Shown here piece by piece: positions 20,389-30,655 of a stretch of 51,809 bases of DNA. The first letter of the stretch is position 1, and the number at the start of each line of letters is the position of its first letter. This DNA comes from an uncultured archaeon. GTDB taxonomy: Archaea; Halobacteriota; Archaeoglobi; Archaeoglobales; Archaeoglobaceae. Below the pieces are notes generated by a model, which ran no database searches, had not been told where the DNA came from, and saw only the letters and a program-made list of their open reading frames with translations. The translations under genes and the position numbers were made by a program. The stretch is from positions 1 to 51,809 of the forward strand of contig CAYMRE010000001.1 of assembly GCA_964392755.1 (NCBI GenBank). Direction: 5' to 3'.

Positions 20389-22329
20389 ATGGCAGTTGAG
20401 GTGTATAAGAATATAGAAACGTACAAGCCAGAGGACGTAGAGGATGTGACCGTAGAGACGGACATCTTGATCATCGGTGGAGGTTTCTCAGGTTGTGGTG
20501 CTGCATACGAGGCTGCCTACTGGGCTAAAGCGGCTGGTTTGAAAGTAACACTTGTAGAGAAAGCTGCAATCGAGAGGAGTGGTGCTGTAGCCCAGGGTCT
20601 ATCAGCTATAAACACATACCTCGGCTTGTCAGGCAGAGCTCAGCAGGTTGGTGACAAGCCGAACACGATTGAGGACTACGTAAGATACGTAACACTCGAC
20701 ATGATGGGTATCGCAAGAGAGGACTTGGTTGCCGACTATGCAAGACACGTTGACGGTACAGTCCACCTCTTCGAGAAGTGGGGATTGCCAATCTGGAAGG
20801 ACGAGAACGGTAAGTACGTCAGAGAGGGAAGATGGCAAGTTATGATTCACGGTGAGTCGTACAAGCCGATCATCGCCGAAGCTGCGAAGATGGCTTTGGG
20901 TGAGGAGAACATATACGAGAGAGTAATGATTACACACCTACTAATGGATAAGAATGACCCGCAGAGGGTTGCCGGTGCAGTAGGTTTCAGCGTAAGGGAG
21001 CCAAAGTTCTACATCTTCAAGGCTAAGGCAGTAATCTTGGCTACTGGTGGTGCTACACTACTCTTCAGACCAAGAAGTACTGGAGAGGGTATGGGTAGAA
21101 TCTGGTATGCGGTATTTAACACGGGTAGCGGTTACGCAATGGCTATCGAGGTTGGTGCTCACACATGTCAGATGGAGCACAGATTCATCCCAGCAAGATT
21201 CAAGGATGGATACGGACCAGTTGGAGCATGGTTCCTGTTGTTCAAGTCTGTAGCTACGAACGCATTCGACGAGGTATACATCGAGAAGAAGGAGACGATT
21301 GCCAAGTACAAGCCGTACGCAGATGCTGTACCAACACCGACACCACTCAGAAACCACCAGATGCTTGAAGAGTTGGTCAACGGTAGGGGACCAATCCTCA
21401 TGAGAACGGAGTGGGCTATTAAGAAGCTACAGGAGGAAGGTAAGGACTTGAAGAAGCTCATCGAGGAGGCATGGGAGGACTTCCTCGACATGACAGTCTC
21501 ACAGGCTTTGCTCTGGGCTGCTCTGAACATCGAGCCAGAGAAGGTACCGTCAGAGATAACGACAGCTGAGCCATACATGATGGGTTCACACTCAGGCTGT
21601 GCTGGATTGTGGGTCTGCGGTCCAGAAGACTTGATGCCAGAGGAGTACAAGAAGCTCTTCCCGTTCTGCTACAACAGAATGACGACAATCAAGGGTCTCT
21701 TTGCCGTTGGAGACTGCAGTGGTGCTAACCCGCACAAGTTCTCAAGCGGTTCATTCACCGAAGGTAGAATCGCCGGTAAGGCTGCAGTAAGGTACATCGT
21801 CGAACAGAACCCGAACCCAGAGATCGACGAGGCTAAGGTGCAGGAGTTGAAGAAGAAGATCTTCCAGCCAATGGTTACGTACGAGCAGTTCAAGAACGCT
21901 TCAACGAGAGACGACATCAACCCGAACTACCTCTTCCCCAAGCAGGCATTGTGGAGACTACAGAAGATCATGGATGAGTACGCAGCTGGAGCTTCAATGT
22001 GGTACAGAACCAACGAGAAGATGCTTAAGATCGCTCTCGAGAGATTGCAGATGCTTAAGGAGGACATGGAGAAGTTAGCTGCGAGAAACCTCCACGAGCT
22101 AATGAGATGCTGGGAGATGTGGCACAGAGTCATCGTAGCTGAGGCACACGTCCAGCACATGCTCTTCAGACAGGAGACCAGATGGCCAGGTTACTACTAC
22201 AGAATGGACTACCCAGACTTGGACGACGAGAACTGGAAGTGCTTCGTAGTCGGCAGGAAGAACCCAGAGACCGGCGAGTGGGAGATGCAGAAGGTGCCAT
22301 ACATCCAGATTGTCGACTGGCAACTCTAA
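20389..22329 (+). CDS. aprA: Adenylylsulfate reductase alpha subunit
   Basis: RSGAVAQGLSAINTY, WQVMIHGESYK, RFKDGYGPVGAWF, HKFSSGS, ETRWPGYYYR. Confidence 0.98.
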   Translation: MAVEVYKNIETYKPEDVEDVTVETDILIIGGGFSGCGAAYEAAYWAKAAGLKVTLVEKAAIERSGAVAQGLSAINTYLGLSGRAQQVGDKPNTIEDYVRYVTLDMMGIAREDLVADYARHVDGTVHLFEKWGLPIWKDENGKYVREGRWQVMIHGESYKPIIAEAAKMALGEENIYERVMITHLLMDKNDPQRVAGAVGFSVREPKFYIFKAKAVILATGGATLLFRPRSTGEGMGRIWYAVFNTGSGYAMAIEVGAHTCQMEHRFIPARFKDGYGPVGAWFLLFKSVATNAFDEVYIEKKETIAKYKPYADAVPTPTPLRNHQMLEELVNGRGPILMRTEWAIKKLQEEGKDLKKLIEEAWEDFLDMTVSQALLWAALNIEPEKVPSEITTAEPYMMGSHSGCAGLWVCGPEDLMPEEYKKLFPFCYNRMTTIKGLFAVGDCSGANPHKFSSGSFTEGRIAGKAAVRYIVEQNPNPEIDEAKVQELKKKIFQPMVTYEQFKNASTRDDINPNYLFPKQALWRLQKIMDEYAAGASMWYRTNEKMLKIALERLQMLKEDMEKLAARNLHELMRCWEMWHRVIVAEAHVQHMLFRQETRWPGYYYRMDYPDLDDENWKCFVVGRKNPETGEWEMQKVPYIQIVDWQL

Positions 22330-22330
22330 A

Positions 22331-22350
22331 TTTTTCTTTTCTTTATTTTG
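22331..22350 (+). terminator. Oligo-T terminator-like tract after aprA
   Basis: TTTTTCTTTTCTTTATTTTG just after the stop codon. Confidence 0.55.
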
Positions 22351-22452
22351 CTCTGTTCTCCCGACCCCTTTTGGCAAATAACAAGACAAATAAATAGAAA
22401 CTCTTTTAAACTTCATACGTTACCCTGCTTAGAGCTTAAAAGAGGGGTTAGT

Positions 22453-23679
22453 ATGAACGTCGATATCTTGGTTATCGGCGGTGGTATTTCTGGCTTAACA
22501 GCAGCAGTTGAAGCAGCGGAAACAGGGTACAGCGTCGCACTCGTTGAGAAAAATCCCTACTTGGGTGGAAGAGTTACCCAACTCACTAAATACTTCCCAA
22601 AGATGTGTCCACCCTACTGCGGTCTTGAGATTTTCCTCAAGAGGCTAAAGAACTGTGAAAATCTTAAGGTCTTGACAAACGCAAAGGTTAAGAGAGTTGA
22701 AGGCGTTGCAGGAAACTTCAACGTATTTGTTGAGATAAAACCGAGATTCGTAAACGAGAACTGTACGGCATGTGGCGAATGTGAAAAGGTATGCCCAGTT
22801 GAAAGATCAAACGACTTCAACTTCGGAATGGATAAGACAAAAGCGATATACCTACCGCACGAGATGGCTTTTCCGCCCATCTACGTGATCGATCCTGAAG
22901 CTTGCAACAAGTGTGGAGAGTGCGTTAAGGTTTGCAAGTACGACGCTATAAATCTGGATGAGCAACCGCAGGAGTTGACCATAAATGCGAAGGCGATAAT
23001 AGTGGCAACTGGCTGGAATCCGTACGACGCGACTAAGCTTGAAACCTTGGGATTTGGCAAGTATCCTAACGTAATAACGAACATGATGATGGAGAGATTG
23101 GCATCTCCAAACGGACCCACAAAGGGTAAGATAGTCAGACCTTCCGATGGAAAAGAGCCTAAGATCGTAGCTTTTGCTCAGTGTGCTGGGTCAAGAGATG
23201 AAAATCACCTACCGTACTGTTCAGCAATTTGCTGTTTGGCTACGATGAAACACGCTTTGTACGTGAGAGAACAGATACCGGATTCGAAGGTCTACATCTT
23301 CTACATTGATAGGAGAGCCTACGGTAGATACGAGGACTTCTTCCAGAAGGTGGATCAGGACGAGAACGTCGTATTCATAAGAGGTAAGGTTGCAAAGGTT
23401 GAGGAGGGTGAAAACGGAAACATCATAGTCCACGCTGAAGATACGGAAACAGGCAAGAAGGTTCAGATGGAAGTGGAGTTGCTCGTTCTGGCTACGGGAA
23501 TGCAACCCACAACAGCTGTTGAAAAGATAGAGGGATTGGAGTACGACGACTACGGATTTGTCATTGAGAAGGAGGGAATAATACCGTGTGGTGTTGCAAG
23601 AACTCCAGCAGACGTTGCTTCAAGTAACAGGGATGCGACTGGAGCAGTTATAAAGGCTATTCAAGTGGTTAGGGGGTGA
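22453..23679 (+). CDS. qmoA: Quinone-interacting membrane oxidoreductase QmoA (HdrA-like)
   Basis: GGGISG FAD site, YFPKMCPPYCG, QCAGSRDENHLPYCSAICC; follows aprA. Confidence 0.93.
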   Translation: MNVDILVIGGGISGLTAAVEAAETGYSVALVEKNPYLGGRVTQLTKYFPKMCPPYCGLEIFLKRLKNCENLKVLTNAKVKRVEGVAGNFNVFVEIKPRFVNENCTACGECEKVCPVERSNDFNFGMDKTKAIYLPHEMAFPPIYVIDPEACNKCGECVKVCKYDAINLDEQPQELTINAKAIIVATGWNPYDATKLETLGFGKYPNVITNMMMERLASPNGPTKGKIVRPSDGKEPKIVAFAQCAGSRDENHLPYCSAICCLATMKHALYVREQIPDSKVYIFYIDRRAYGRYEDFFQKVDQDENVVFIRGKVAKVEEGENGNIIVHAEDTETGKKVQMEVELLVLATGMQPTTAVEKIEGLEYDDYGFVIEKEGIIPCGVARTPADVASSNRDATGAVIKAIQVVRG

Positions 23680-23684
23680 TTTAA

Positions 23685-25907
23685 ATGGAGAAGAATGTTG
23701 GCGTTTACATCTGTACGGGTTGTGGGATCGACCAGCTGGATATAGAGAAAATCAAGGGTATCGTTGAAAACGAGTTCAAGATCACCCCTAAGATTCACAA
23801 AGCTCTGTGCAGTAGAGATGGAGTTGAAATGATTAAAGAGGACATAAAAAACGGTGTCAACGCTGTTGTGATCTGCGCATGTTCTCCAAGAGTCAAGCAG
23901 GAAGTTTTTAACTTTGGTAAGGACATTATAACGGTTAGAGTAAACCTTAGAGAAGATGTAGTCTGGAGTCACGATATAGATGAACACGCTCAAGAGTTAG
24001 CTGAGGATTACGTCAGAATGGGTATCGTCCAAGCACAAAAGACCGAGTTGCCAGAGCCGTACTTGGAAGACACATCGAAGGACATTCTCGTAATTGGAGG
24101 AGGTGTCACCGGTCTAACCGCTGCATTGGAGTGTGCTAAGGCTGGTTACAAGGTATACTTAGTCGAGAAGGAGGCGGAGTTGGGAGGATGGGTAAAGAAA
24201 TTTAAGAAGATTCTCCCAGGCAAGTTCCCGTATAGAGAGCCTGTCGATGCGGAATCTTACATTAACGAAAAGATAAATGAGGTAACAAACAACGAAAACA
24301 TAACCGTTTACACATCCACCAAGGTAAAGTCGATCTCGGGACAGCCGGGAATGTTCAACGTTGTTCTGGATAGGGAAGGTAACGAAGAGATAATCAAGGT
24401 CGGTGCAATAGTAGTGGCAACTGGCTGGAAGCCTTACGATGCCTCAAAGCTGTCAAACCTTGGATACGGTCTACCGGGGGTTGTTACCAACATCGAGCTT
24501 GAACAGATGATAAAAGAAGGTAAATTGGAAGTGGATGGAAAGCCTGTAAAGGACGTTGCATTCATACTGTGTGCCGGTCAGAGAGACCCCGAGCACATAC
24601 CGTACTGTTCAACCGTATGTTGTCTAACATCACTAAAGCAGGCTTTGTGTATTAGAGAGCTTAACAGAGATGCAAACGTCTACGTATTCTACAAGGATTT
24701 GAGAACTGTTGGTATCTACGAAGAATTCTACAAACAGGCTCAGCAGGATGAGGGAGTATTCTTAACGAAAGGTGAAGTGAAGAGCATAACACAAAACGGA
24801 GACAAGCTGAAAGTCGAAGTTACAAACACACTGCTGGGTGAAGATATAACCGTAAACGTAGATATGGTTGTCCTTGTAACTGGAATGCTTTCATCGATGT
24901 ACGGGTTGTACACTGTCAAGGAGGAGTATCCCGATGAAGGAGAGCCACCGTATTCCCACATAAAGCCTGCTGTACCTAAGGAAGTTGCATTCGAGAACAG
25001 AGATAAGGAATGGATTTTGAACCTGCAATACAGGCAGGGTCCAGAGCTACCAACTCTCAAATACGCATTCCCAGATTCCCATTACATCTGCTTCCCGTAT
25101 GAGAGCAGAAGAACTGGTATCTACCCGGCTGGGTGTGTCAGAGCACCGATGACGATAAGAGACTGTGAATTGGATGCAAGGGGTGCAGCTCTAAAGGCAA
25201 TTCAAACGGTAGAGCTCGTTTCAAAGGGAGCGACGATATTCCCAAGAACCGGTGACATCGACTACCCGAACTTCTTCCTGCAGAGATGTACGCAGTGTAA
25301 GAGATGTACGGAGGAGTGTCCGTTTGGAGCTTTAGATGAGGATGAGAAGGGAACACCACAGCCCAATCCACTTAGATGTAGGAGATGTGGAATCTGCTTC
25401 GGTGCATGTCCAGAGAAGATCATATCCTTCAAGCAGTACAGCGTTGACATGATCTCATCGATGATAAAGGCTATGTCGGTGCCATCTGAAGAGGGTAAGC
25501 TGAGAATACTCGTGTTTGCGTGTGAGAACGACGCCTATCCAGCGATTGACATGGCTGCGAAGAACGGACTCAAGTTCAGTCCTCTCGTAAGAATAATTCC
25601 GGTGAGATGTCTCGGTAGCGTGAACGTCGTATTCATAGCTGATGCAATGTCGAAGGGTGTCGATGGAGTTCTCCTGCTTGGATGTAAGTTCGGTGAGGAC
25701 TACCAGTGCCACTTTATAAGAGGTTCCGAGTTGGCTAACAGGAGGATGGAGAACGTGAGAGAAACTTTGAACAGACTGTTCATAGAGCCAGAGAGGGTTA
25801 AAATTGTACAGGTGGAAATATCAGACTGGCCAAAGATTCCCGAAATCATAAACAGCTTTGTTGAGGAGATTCAGAAGATCGGACCCAACCCGTACAAGGG
25901 ATTCTAA
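23685..25907 (+). CDS. qmoB: QmoB (HdrA plus MvhD domain)
   Basis: VYICTGC, CAGQRD, LNLQYRQG, CTQCKRCTEECP, CRRCGICFGACP, CENDAYPA, GCKFGEDYQCH. Confidence 0.95.
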   Translation: MEKNVGVYICTGCGIDQLDIEKIKGIVENEFKITPKIHKALCSRDGVEMIKEDIKNGVNAVVICACSPRVKQEVFNFGKDIITVRVNLREDVVWSHDIDEHAQELAEDYVRMGIVQAQKTELPEPYLEDTSKDILVIGGGVTGLTAALECAKAGYKVYLVEKEAELGGWVKKFKKILPGKFPYREPVDAESYINEKINEVTNNENITVYTSTKVKSISGQPGMFNVVLDREGNEEIIKVGAIVVATGWKPYDASKLSNLGYGLPGVVTNIELEQMIKEGKLEVDGKPVKDVAFILCAGQRDPEHIPYCSTVCCLTSLKQALCIRELNRDANVYVFYKDLRTVGIYEEFYKQAQQDEGVFLTKGEVKSITQNGDKLKVEVTNTLLGEDITVNVDMVVLVTGMLSSMYGLYTVKEEYPDEGEPPYSHIKPAVPKEVAFENRDKEWILNLQYRQGPELPTLKYAFPDSHYICFPYESRRTGIYPAGCVRAPMTIRDCELDARGAALKAIQTVELVSKGATIFPRTGDIDYPNFFLQRCTQCKRCTEECPFGALDEDEKGTPQPNPLRCRRCGICFGACPEKIISFKQYSVDMISSMIKAMSVPSEEGKLRILVFACENDAYPAIDMAAKNGLKFSPLVRIIPVRCLGSVNVVFIADAMSKGVDGVLLLGCKFGEDYQCHFIRGSELANRRMENVRETLNRLFIEPERVKIVQVEISDWPKIPEIINSFVEEIQKIGPNPYKGF

Positions 25908-25935
25908 CCCTTTAATTTTTGTTGGGGGTGATGTT

Positions 25936-27201
25936 ATGGAGGTTGACCCGAAGTTTGCTCGTGAAATTATGGCTTTGGGTGGTAAAGACCTCAAAAAATG
26001 TATGCAGTGTGCTAACTGTAGCGTCGTGTGCCCTCTAAGCCCAGAAGACGATCCGTTCCCGAGAAAAGAGATGATCTGGGCTCAGTGGGGACTTAAGGAA
26101 AGACTGTTGAAAGATCCAAACGTATGGCTCTGCTACAACTGTGCTGATTGTTCTGCGTATTGCCCAAGAGATGCCAAGCCGGGACAGGTTTTGAATGCAA
26201 TTAGAGCGAGAGTTATATCTGAATTTGCTTGGCCAAAGTTCATCGGTAAAATACTCAACCAGCCGTGGGGATTTCCGATATTCGTTATAATAGTTCCAGC
26301 GATAATCTTGGGTGCTCTGATAGCTTGGGCTAATCCCGGTATATTCACCGGTACATTGCCGAGCGGAGTCGTTGAGACCAGAAAGCTCTTGCCAATTGAA
26401 AACGTAGAAATAGCTGGATTCGTTCTCGGTGGTCTTGCGGTTCTCATAGGTTTGATCAGTGTATGGAGGTACTGGTTAGCTATAACCGATGGAGGAGGAA
26501 TGGAGTACACCGTGAAACCACTCGAGAATGCTGAGGTTGAAATTAGAGGCAAGAGCGGATTCATGGGGCTGTACTTCTTCGAAGCGTTCTTCTTCGTTCT
26601 CAGAGACATTCTCTACCACAACTGGTTCAAGATCTGTGAAGCTAACAAGCCAAGGTTCCCAGCACACCTACTGATATTCTACGGATTCGTAGGTCTGTTC
26701 TTAGCTGCGATGGGTGACGTTATTGGACTCGGAGAGGTTGTCGGTGTAGAGCTTCCGGTTAAGCTTGTGTATCCACCACCGTGGCCTTGGGAGATACTCT
26801 ACATGAGAGAGCTGGATACCGCATACGTGATCATGGCTCTCTTCAAGCTCGTTGGTATGCTCGGTGGTTTGGCAGTTATAGCAGGTAGCGCAATAGCGAT
26901 ATGGAACAGACTGTTCAACAAGAAGAGCAAGGAACTTGGAAGTTACTACGACTGGTTCTTCCTACTCGTCGTTCTATTGGTCGGTATCACGGGATACTGT
27001 GTCGCCATTGCAAGACTCTTTGAAAGCACGTCTACTTACTGGCTTTACTTGATACACCTGTACTTCGTCTTCATGCTACTTGTGTACGCACCGTACTCAA
27101 AGTTTGCGCACATGCTCTACAGAAGCGTGGCGATGATATACGCTTGGACGAGGGATAGGTATCCAAAGAACGTGCCTAAGTACTTCTGGGAGGCTATTTA
27201 A
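25936..27201 (+). CDS. qmoC: QmoC (HdrC-like Fe-S domain plus cytochrome b membrane domain)
   Basis: CMQCANCSVVCP, CYNCADCSAYCPR, TM His residues, PYSKFAH. Confidence 0.95.
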   Translation: MEVDPKFAREIMALGGKDLKKCMQCANCSVVCPLSPEDDPFPRKEMIWAQWGLKERLLKDPNVWLCYNCADCSAYCPRDAKPGQVLNAIRARVISEFAWPKFIGKILNQPWGFPIFVIIVPAIILGALIAWANPGIFTGTLPSGVVETRKLLPIENVEIAGFVLGGLAVLIGLISVWRYWLAITDGGGMEYTVKPLENAEVEIRGKSGFMGLYFFEAFFFVLRDILYHNWFKICEANKPRFPAHLLIFYGFVGLFLAAMGDVIGLGEVVGVELPVKLVYPPPWPWEILYMRELDTAYVIMALFKLVGMLGGLAVIAGSAIAIWNRLFNKKSKELGSYYDWFFLLVVLLVGITGYCVAIARLFESTSTYWLYLIHLYFVFMLLVYAPYSKFAHMLYRSVAMIYAWTRDRYPKNVPKYFWEAI

Positions 27202-27237
27202 TTTTATTTTTTTGTTCAAAAATTGAGATAAGGTATT

Positions 27238-27981
27238 TCAGACGCCTATAACCTCTTCTCCAGCGTAGATAACTATGCCATTGTCGGTTATCTCAAAGGG
27301 ATGTATCTTATAGCTGTGTTTTGTTCCCCTCATCTTAACAATTTCCAAAGCTCTTATCCTCACGTTACCACTCCTTTCAAACCTCAGAACGACGGTACCT
27401 TCGGTAACGAAGTTTTCGACACCGAATCTCGATATCGCCTGTGAACCTTCAACTATCTCACACGTAAATATGGATGTCAGACCGAGTATCTCAAACGTTG
27501 TTGAAATTTTCAAAAGCTCAATCCTGAACTTCGGAACATCGTTTATCATAAAACCTATAGATGTTGTCGAGTCCACAACCGCTCTTCTGGCACCTATTTC
27601 ATCCTGAATAGAAATCACCTGATCCAACAGCGAGCGGGTGTCGAAGGGTCTTATATCTACATACTTCTCATCGCTCGGCAACCCAATCTTCGTCGATGTG
27701 GCATCTACCAAAGCCAACATGTTTTCATCTTCAAGCTTTTCCAGCTCCCATCCAAACGTTGAAGCGTATTCTCTAATATTTTGAGGTCTCTCCTCAGTTG
27801 CTATGAATATACCCGGCTCGTTGTACTCTTTAGCCCCATTTACGAGGAACTGCAAGGCGAAGATGGTTTTCCCAGCACCGGATACACCCGAAACGAGGTA
27901 CGTTCTATCCCTAATGAACCCCCCTTCACAAAGCTCGTCGAACCCCGGAATTCCCGAAGGGCATCTCTCAAGCATCATCAT
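27238..27981 (-). CDS. KaiC-like (RecA-superfamily) ATPase, single domain
   Basis: SGIPGFD, GVSGAGKT, TEE, IVKMRGTKH; start uncertain among three ATGs. Confidence 0.88.
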   Translation of the reverse strand: MMMLERCPSGIPGFDELCEGGFIRDRTYLVSGVSGAGKTIFALQFLVNGAKEYNEPGIFIATEERPQNIREYASTFGWELEKLEDENMLALVDATSTKIGLPSDEKYVDIRPFDTRSLLDQVISIQDEIGARRAVVDSTTSIGFMINDVPKFRIELLKISTTFEILGLTSIFTCEIVEGSQAISRFGVENFVTEGTVVLRFERSGNVRIRALEIVKMRGTKHSYKIHPFEITDNGIVIYAGEEVIGV

Positions 27982-28056
27982 TAATATCACGATCACATAA
28001 ATATATATACCTTGCTGAATCGACAACTTGAAATATCTTTAGACTTAAAAAATGAT

Positions 28057-29172
28057 ATGAGCGAAAAAATTACAGTTAGCGTTATAAAGGCGGACATAGG
28101 TAGTGTCGCTGGGCATAGCACAGTTCCAGACGAGATAAAATCTTTTGCTGAGAAAAAGTTAAATGAAGCTAAGGAGAAGGGAATAATAATCGATTTTAGG
28201 GTTTTTAACGCTGGAGACGACTTAGAGCTTGTAATGACTCACAGAAAGGGAGTAGACAGTGAAGACATACACGGTTTGGCTTGGGACGTTTTCAAGGCTT
28301 GTGCTGAGAAGGCTAAAGAAATGAAACTCTATGCAGCTGGACAAGACTTACTCAAGGAAGCTTTCTCGGGAAACATTAGAGGATTGGGTCCGGGTGTAGC
28401 TGAGATGGAGTTTACGGAGAGACCGGCTGAGCCGATAATAGTTTTCATGATGGATAAAACCGAGCCGGGAGCTTTTAACCTGCCGATATTCAGAATGTTT
28501 GCAGATCCCTTCAACACCGCAGGTTTGGTAATCGATCCTTCAATGCATCAAGGCTTTAGATTTGAAATTTGGGACATCAAGGAGCACAAGCGTGTTATAA
28601 TGAATTCCCCAGAAGAGATGTACGACATACTGGCTTTGATAGGTAGCAAGAGCAGATACGTGATTAAGAGAGTTTACCCCAAAGAGGGTGGCAAATTGCC
28701 AGCAGATGAACCGGTTGCTGTGATAAGCACCGAGAAGCTCTTCGAAATAGCTGGTGAGTATATTGGAAAGGACGATCCGGTTGCAATTGTCAGAGCTCAA
28801 TCAGGTTTGCCAGCTGTTGGAGAGGTTCTCGAAGCTTTTGCATTCCCGCATTTGGTTAGTGGATGGATGAGAGGTAGTCACAACGGACCAATCATGCCAG
28901 TCCCATTCAGGTACAGTAAATGCACAAGATTCGACGGACCTCCGAGGGTTATTGCGGCGGGCTTTCAGCTCTGCAACGGTAAGTTGATCGGACCTGTGGA
29001 CATGTTCGACGATCCAGCATTCGATTACACGAGGATGAGGGCTATGGAGATCTGCGATTACATAAGAAGGCACGGTCCATTCGAACCACACAGGTTGCCT
29101 CATGAGGAGATGGAGTACACTACGCTACCTAAGGTTCTGGATAAGCTTGAAACGAGGTTTGAGAAGATTTAA
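28057..29172 (+). CDS. fbp: Fructose-1,6-bisphosphate aldolase/phosphatase
   Basis: SVIKADIG, GDD, DKTEPGAFN, GKDDP, GWMRGSH, RHGPFEPHRL. Confidence 0.97.
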   Translation: MSEKITVSVIKADIGSVAGHSTVPDEIKSFAEKKLNEAKEKGIIIDFRVFNAGDDLELVMTHRKGVDSEDIHGLAWDVFKACAEKAKEMKLYAAGQDLLKEAFSGNIRGLGPGVAEMEFTERPAEPIIVFMMDKTEPGAFNLPIFRMFADPFNTAGLVIDPSMHQGFRFEIWDIKEHKRVIMNSPEEMYDILALIGSKSRYVIKRVYPKEGGKLPADEPVAVISTEKLFEIAGEYIGKDDPVAIVRAQSGLPAVGEVLEAFAFPHLVSGWMRGSHNGPIMPVPFRYSKCTRFDGPPRVIAAGFQLCNGKLIGPVDMFDDPAFDYTRMRAMEICDYIRRHGPFEPHRLPHEEMEYTTLPKVLDKLETRFEKI

Positions 29173-29178
29173 TTTTTC

Positions 29179-29604
29179 TTACATTTTTAACGGCTTTACT
29201 ATAAGCAACAGCTCGGTTTTTGGATCTTTCAGCAGTTTGACTATTTCCCTATCGATATCTTTGGCAGACTTGCTCGATTTTATCGCCAAAGTCCTATCGC
29301 AAACGAACTCGCTTTTCCGTATTACTATATCTGTTTCATGCCTAAATGTGAGCTTCGGACTTCCAAATGCTTTAAGGTAATCCTTCAAGCCGTAATCTGG
29401 TAGTATTATCTCTATCAAAACTGGTTTTCCCATTTTCAGCCAATTTTTGATCTCGTCGTTGAAATCTTTTAGAGACTTGTCCGCCTTTACACCAATTATG
29501 CAATCTCCTCTCGGTGTTAACTCCTCTTCCTTCGTAACTTCAAGTGTCGTTCGATGTTCTGCTCTTACGTTTGGATGCCCTCTTGCCACGACCTCTTCCT
29601 TCAC
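29179..29604 (-). CDS. DUF371-family protein
   Basis: GHPNVRAEHRTTLEVT, TPRGDCIIGV, VIRKS. Confidence 0.88.
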   Translation of the reverse strand: MKEEVVARGHPNVRAEHRTTLEVTKEEELTPRGDCIIGVKADKSLKDFNDEIKNWLKMGKPVLIEIILPDYGLKDYLKAFGSPKLTFRHETDIVIRKSEFVCDRTLAIKSSKSAKDIDREIVKLLKDPKTELLLIVKPLKM

Positions 29605-30655
29605 TCAAACACCTCCTGTAGTACTTCATGGGATGATCTACGTCGCAGTTCCAGATGCAAAGCCCCCAACTCTTCATAGTTTCGCAACTTGGAGCTATGT
29701 ACTTCTCCCCCTTTCCCCTCATGCCCGCTATGTGCTCAACCTGATACCTCGTCTTGTCCTCATCGAAATCTGGAGCGTTTCTGAAAATCTCTACTACTTT
29801 ATCAACATCGCAACCTAAATTTATCAGAAAAGATGCAATCGCAAATCTGCCCGTGTGAGGAACGTTTTTACCGTCGTTTAAATCTGCTAATATCTTCTTC
29901 ATGCACTCGGGAAAGCATTCAAATTCAATCGGTAAGCTTTCAAATTTGTACTCCCTCTTAACATTCACACCAATATCGACATCAACCCGAATCGGCAACC
30001 TCTCCATGAACTTATCCTTCATAATTTCCTCTATCAGCCTTACAAGCTCCTCCCTACTAAGATACACGTATCCTTTAACGACTCTCCTGTTTACGAGTTT
30101 CCAGCTTTCGTCTTTGATTCTTACAGCAAGCTTAAGATAGTCTACAAGGTCTACAGCAAACGGCTTGGGCATCACGTAATGACTTTTTAAATAATCAAAC
30201 AAATCCAAGCTTTTATCGAGTTTCAAGCCAAAATCCCACGCAATGACTATCAAAAAATCATCACTTTCCGCTTTCAGCATCTCTCTGTATTTTCTCGCCA
30301 TCCTTACGGCAAACCTCCTCCTTAGAAAATCGTCTAAATTTGAAACAACGGTCATTACTTTAAGCCATTTCAGAACAGCTTTCTCTGCACGTTTCAACAT
30401 TACACTGTATTCTTTGGATGGATACGTGCAAAATTCAAAACCTTCGCACTCCTCTCTAACGGCACAATCTCTACATAAAAGTTTCAAAGGAGTTACAGCC
30501 TCTTTAACATCCCCTTCAAGTACAGTCTTGACAAAGCTCTTGGCATCTTCGAGATCAGATACAATCTCCTTTTGATCGAAATCAAAAATCTTTGAATAGC
30601 TCATGAATGGGTACCTAATTAGAAAGGGTAAAATTGGTAAGAAGGGTCTCTTCAT
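29540..30655 (-). CDS. priL: DNA primase large subunit
   Basis: W.LVNR, FPEC, HTGR, APDFDE..TRYQVEHI, PSCETM; next to PCNA. Confidence 0.92.
   Translation of the reverse strand: MKRPFLPILPFLIRYPFMSYSKIFDFDQKEIVSDLEDAKSFVKTVLEGDVKEAVTPLKLLCRDCAVREECEGFEFCTYPSKEYSVMLKRAEKAVLKWLKVMTVVSNLDDFLRRRFAVRMARKYREMLKAESDDFLIVIAWDFGLKLDKSLDLFDYLKSHYVMPKPFAVDLVDYLKLAVRIKDESWKLVNRRVVKGYVYLSREELVRLIEEIMKDKFMERLPIRVDVDIGVNVKREYKFESLPIEFECFPECMKKILADLNDGKNVPHTGRFAIASFLINLGCDVDKVVEIFRNAPDFDEDKTRYQVEHIAGMRGKGEKYIAPSCETMKSWGLCIWNCDVDHPMKYYRRCLSEGRGRGKRASKRKSRTSNDT

Noticed and set aside
18102..22329. Recent horizontal transfer suggested by distinct codon usage in sat/apr
   Set aside because: Bias toward AAG/TTC/TAC/AAC fits very high expression; no integrase, IS or flanking repeats
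27238..27981. Circadian clock gene
   Set aside because: Single-domain KaiC-like ATPases are common in archaea; no kaiA/kaiB nearby
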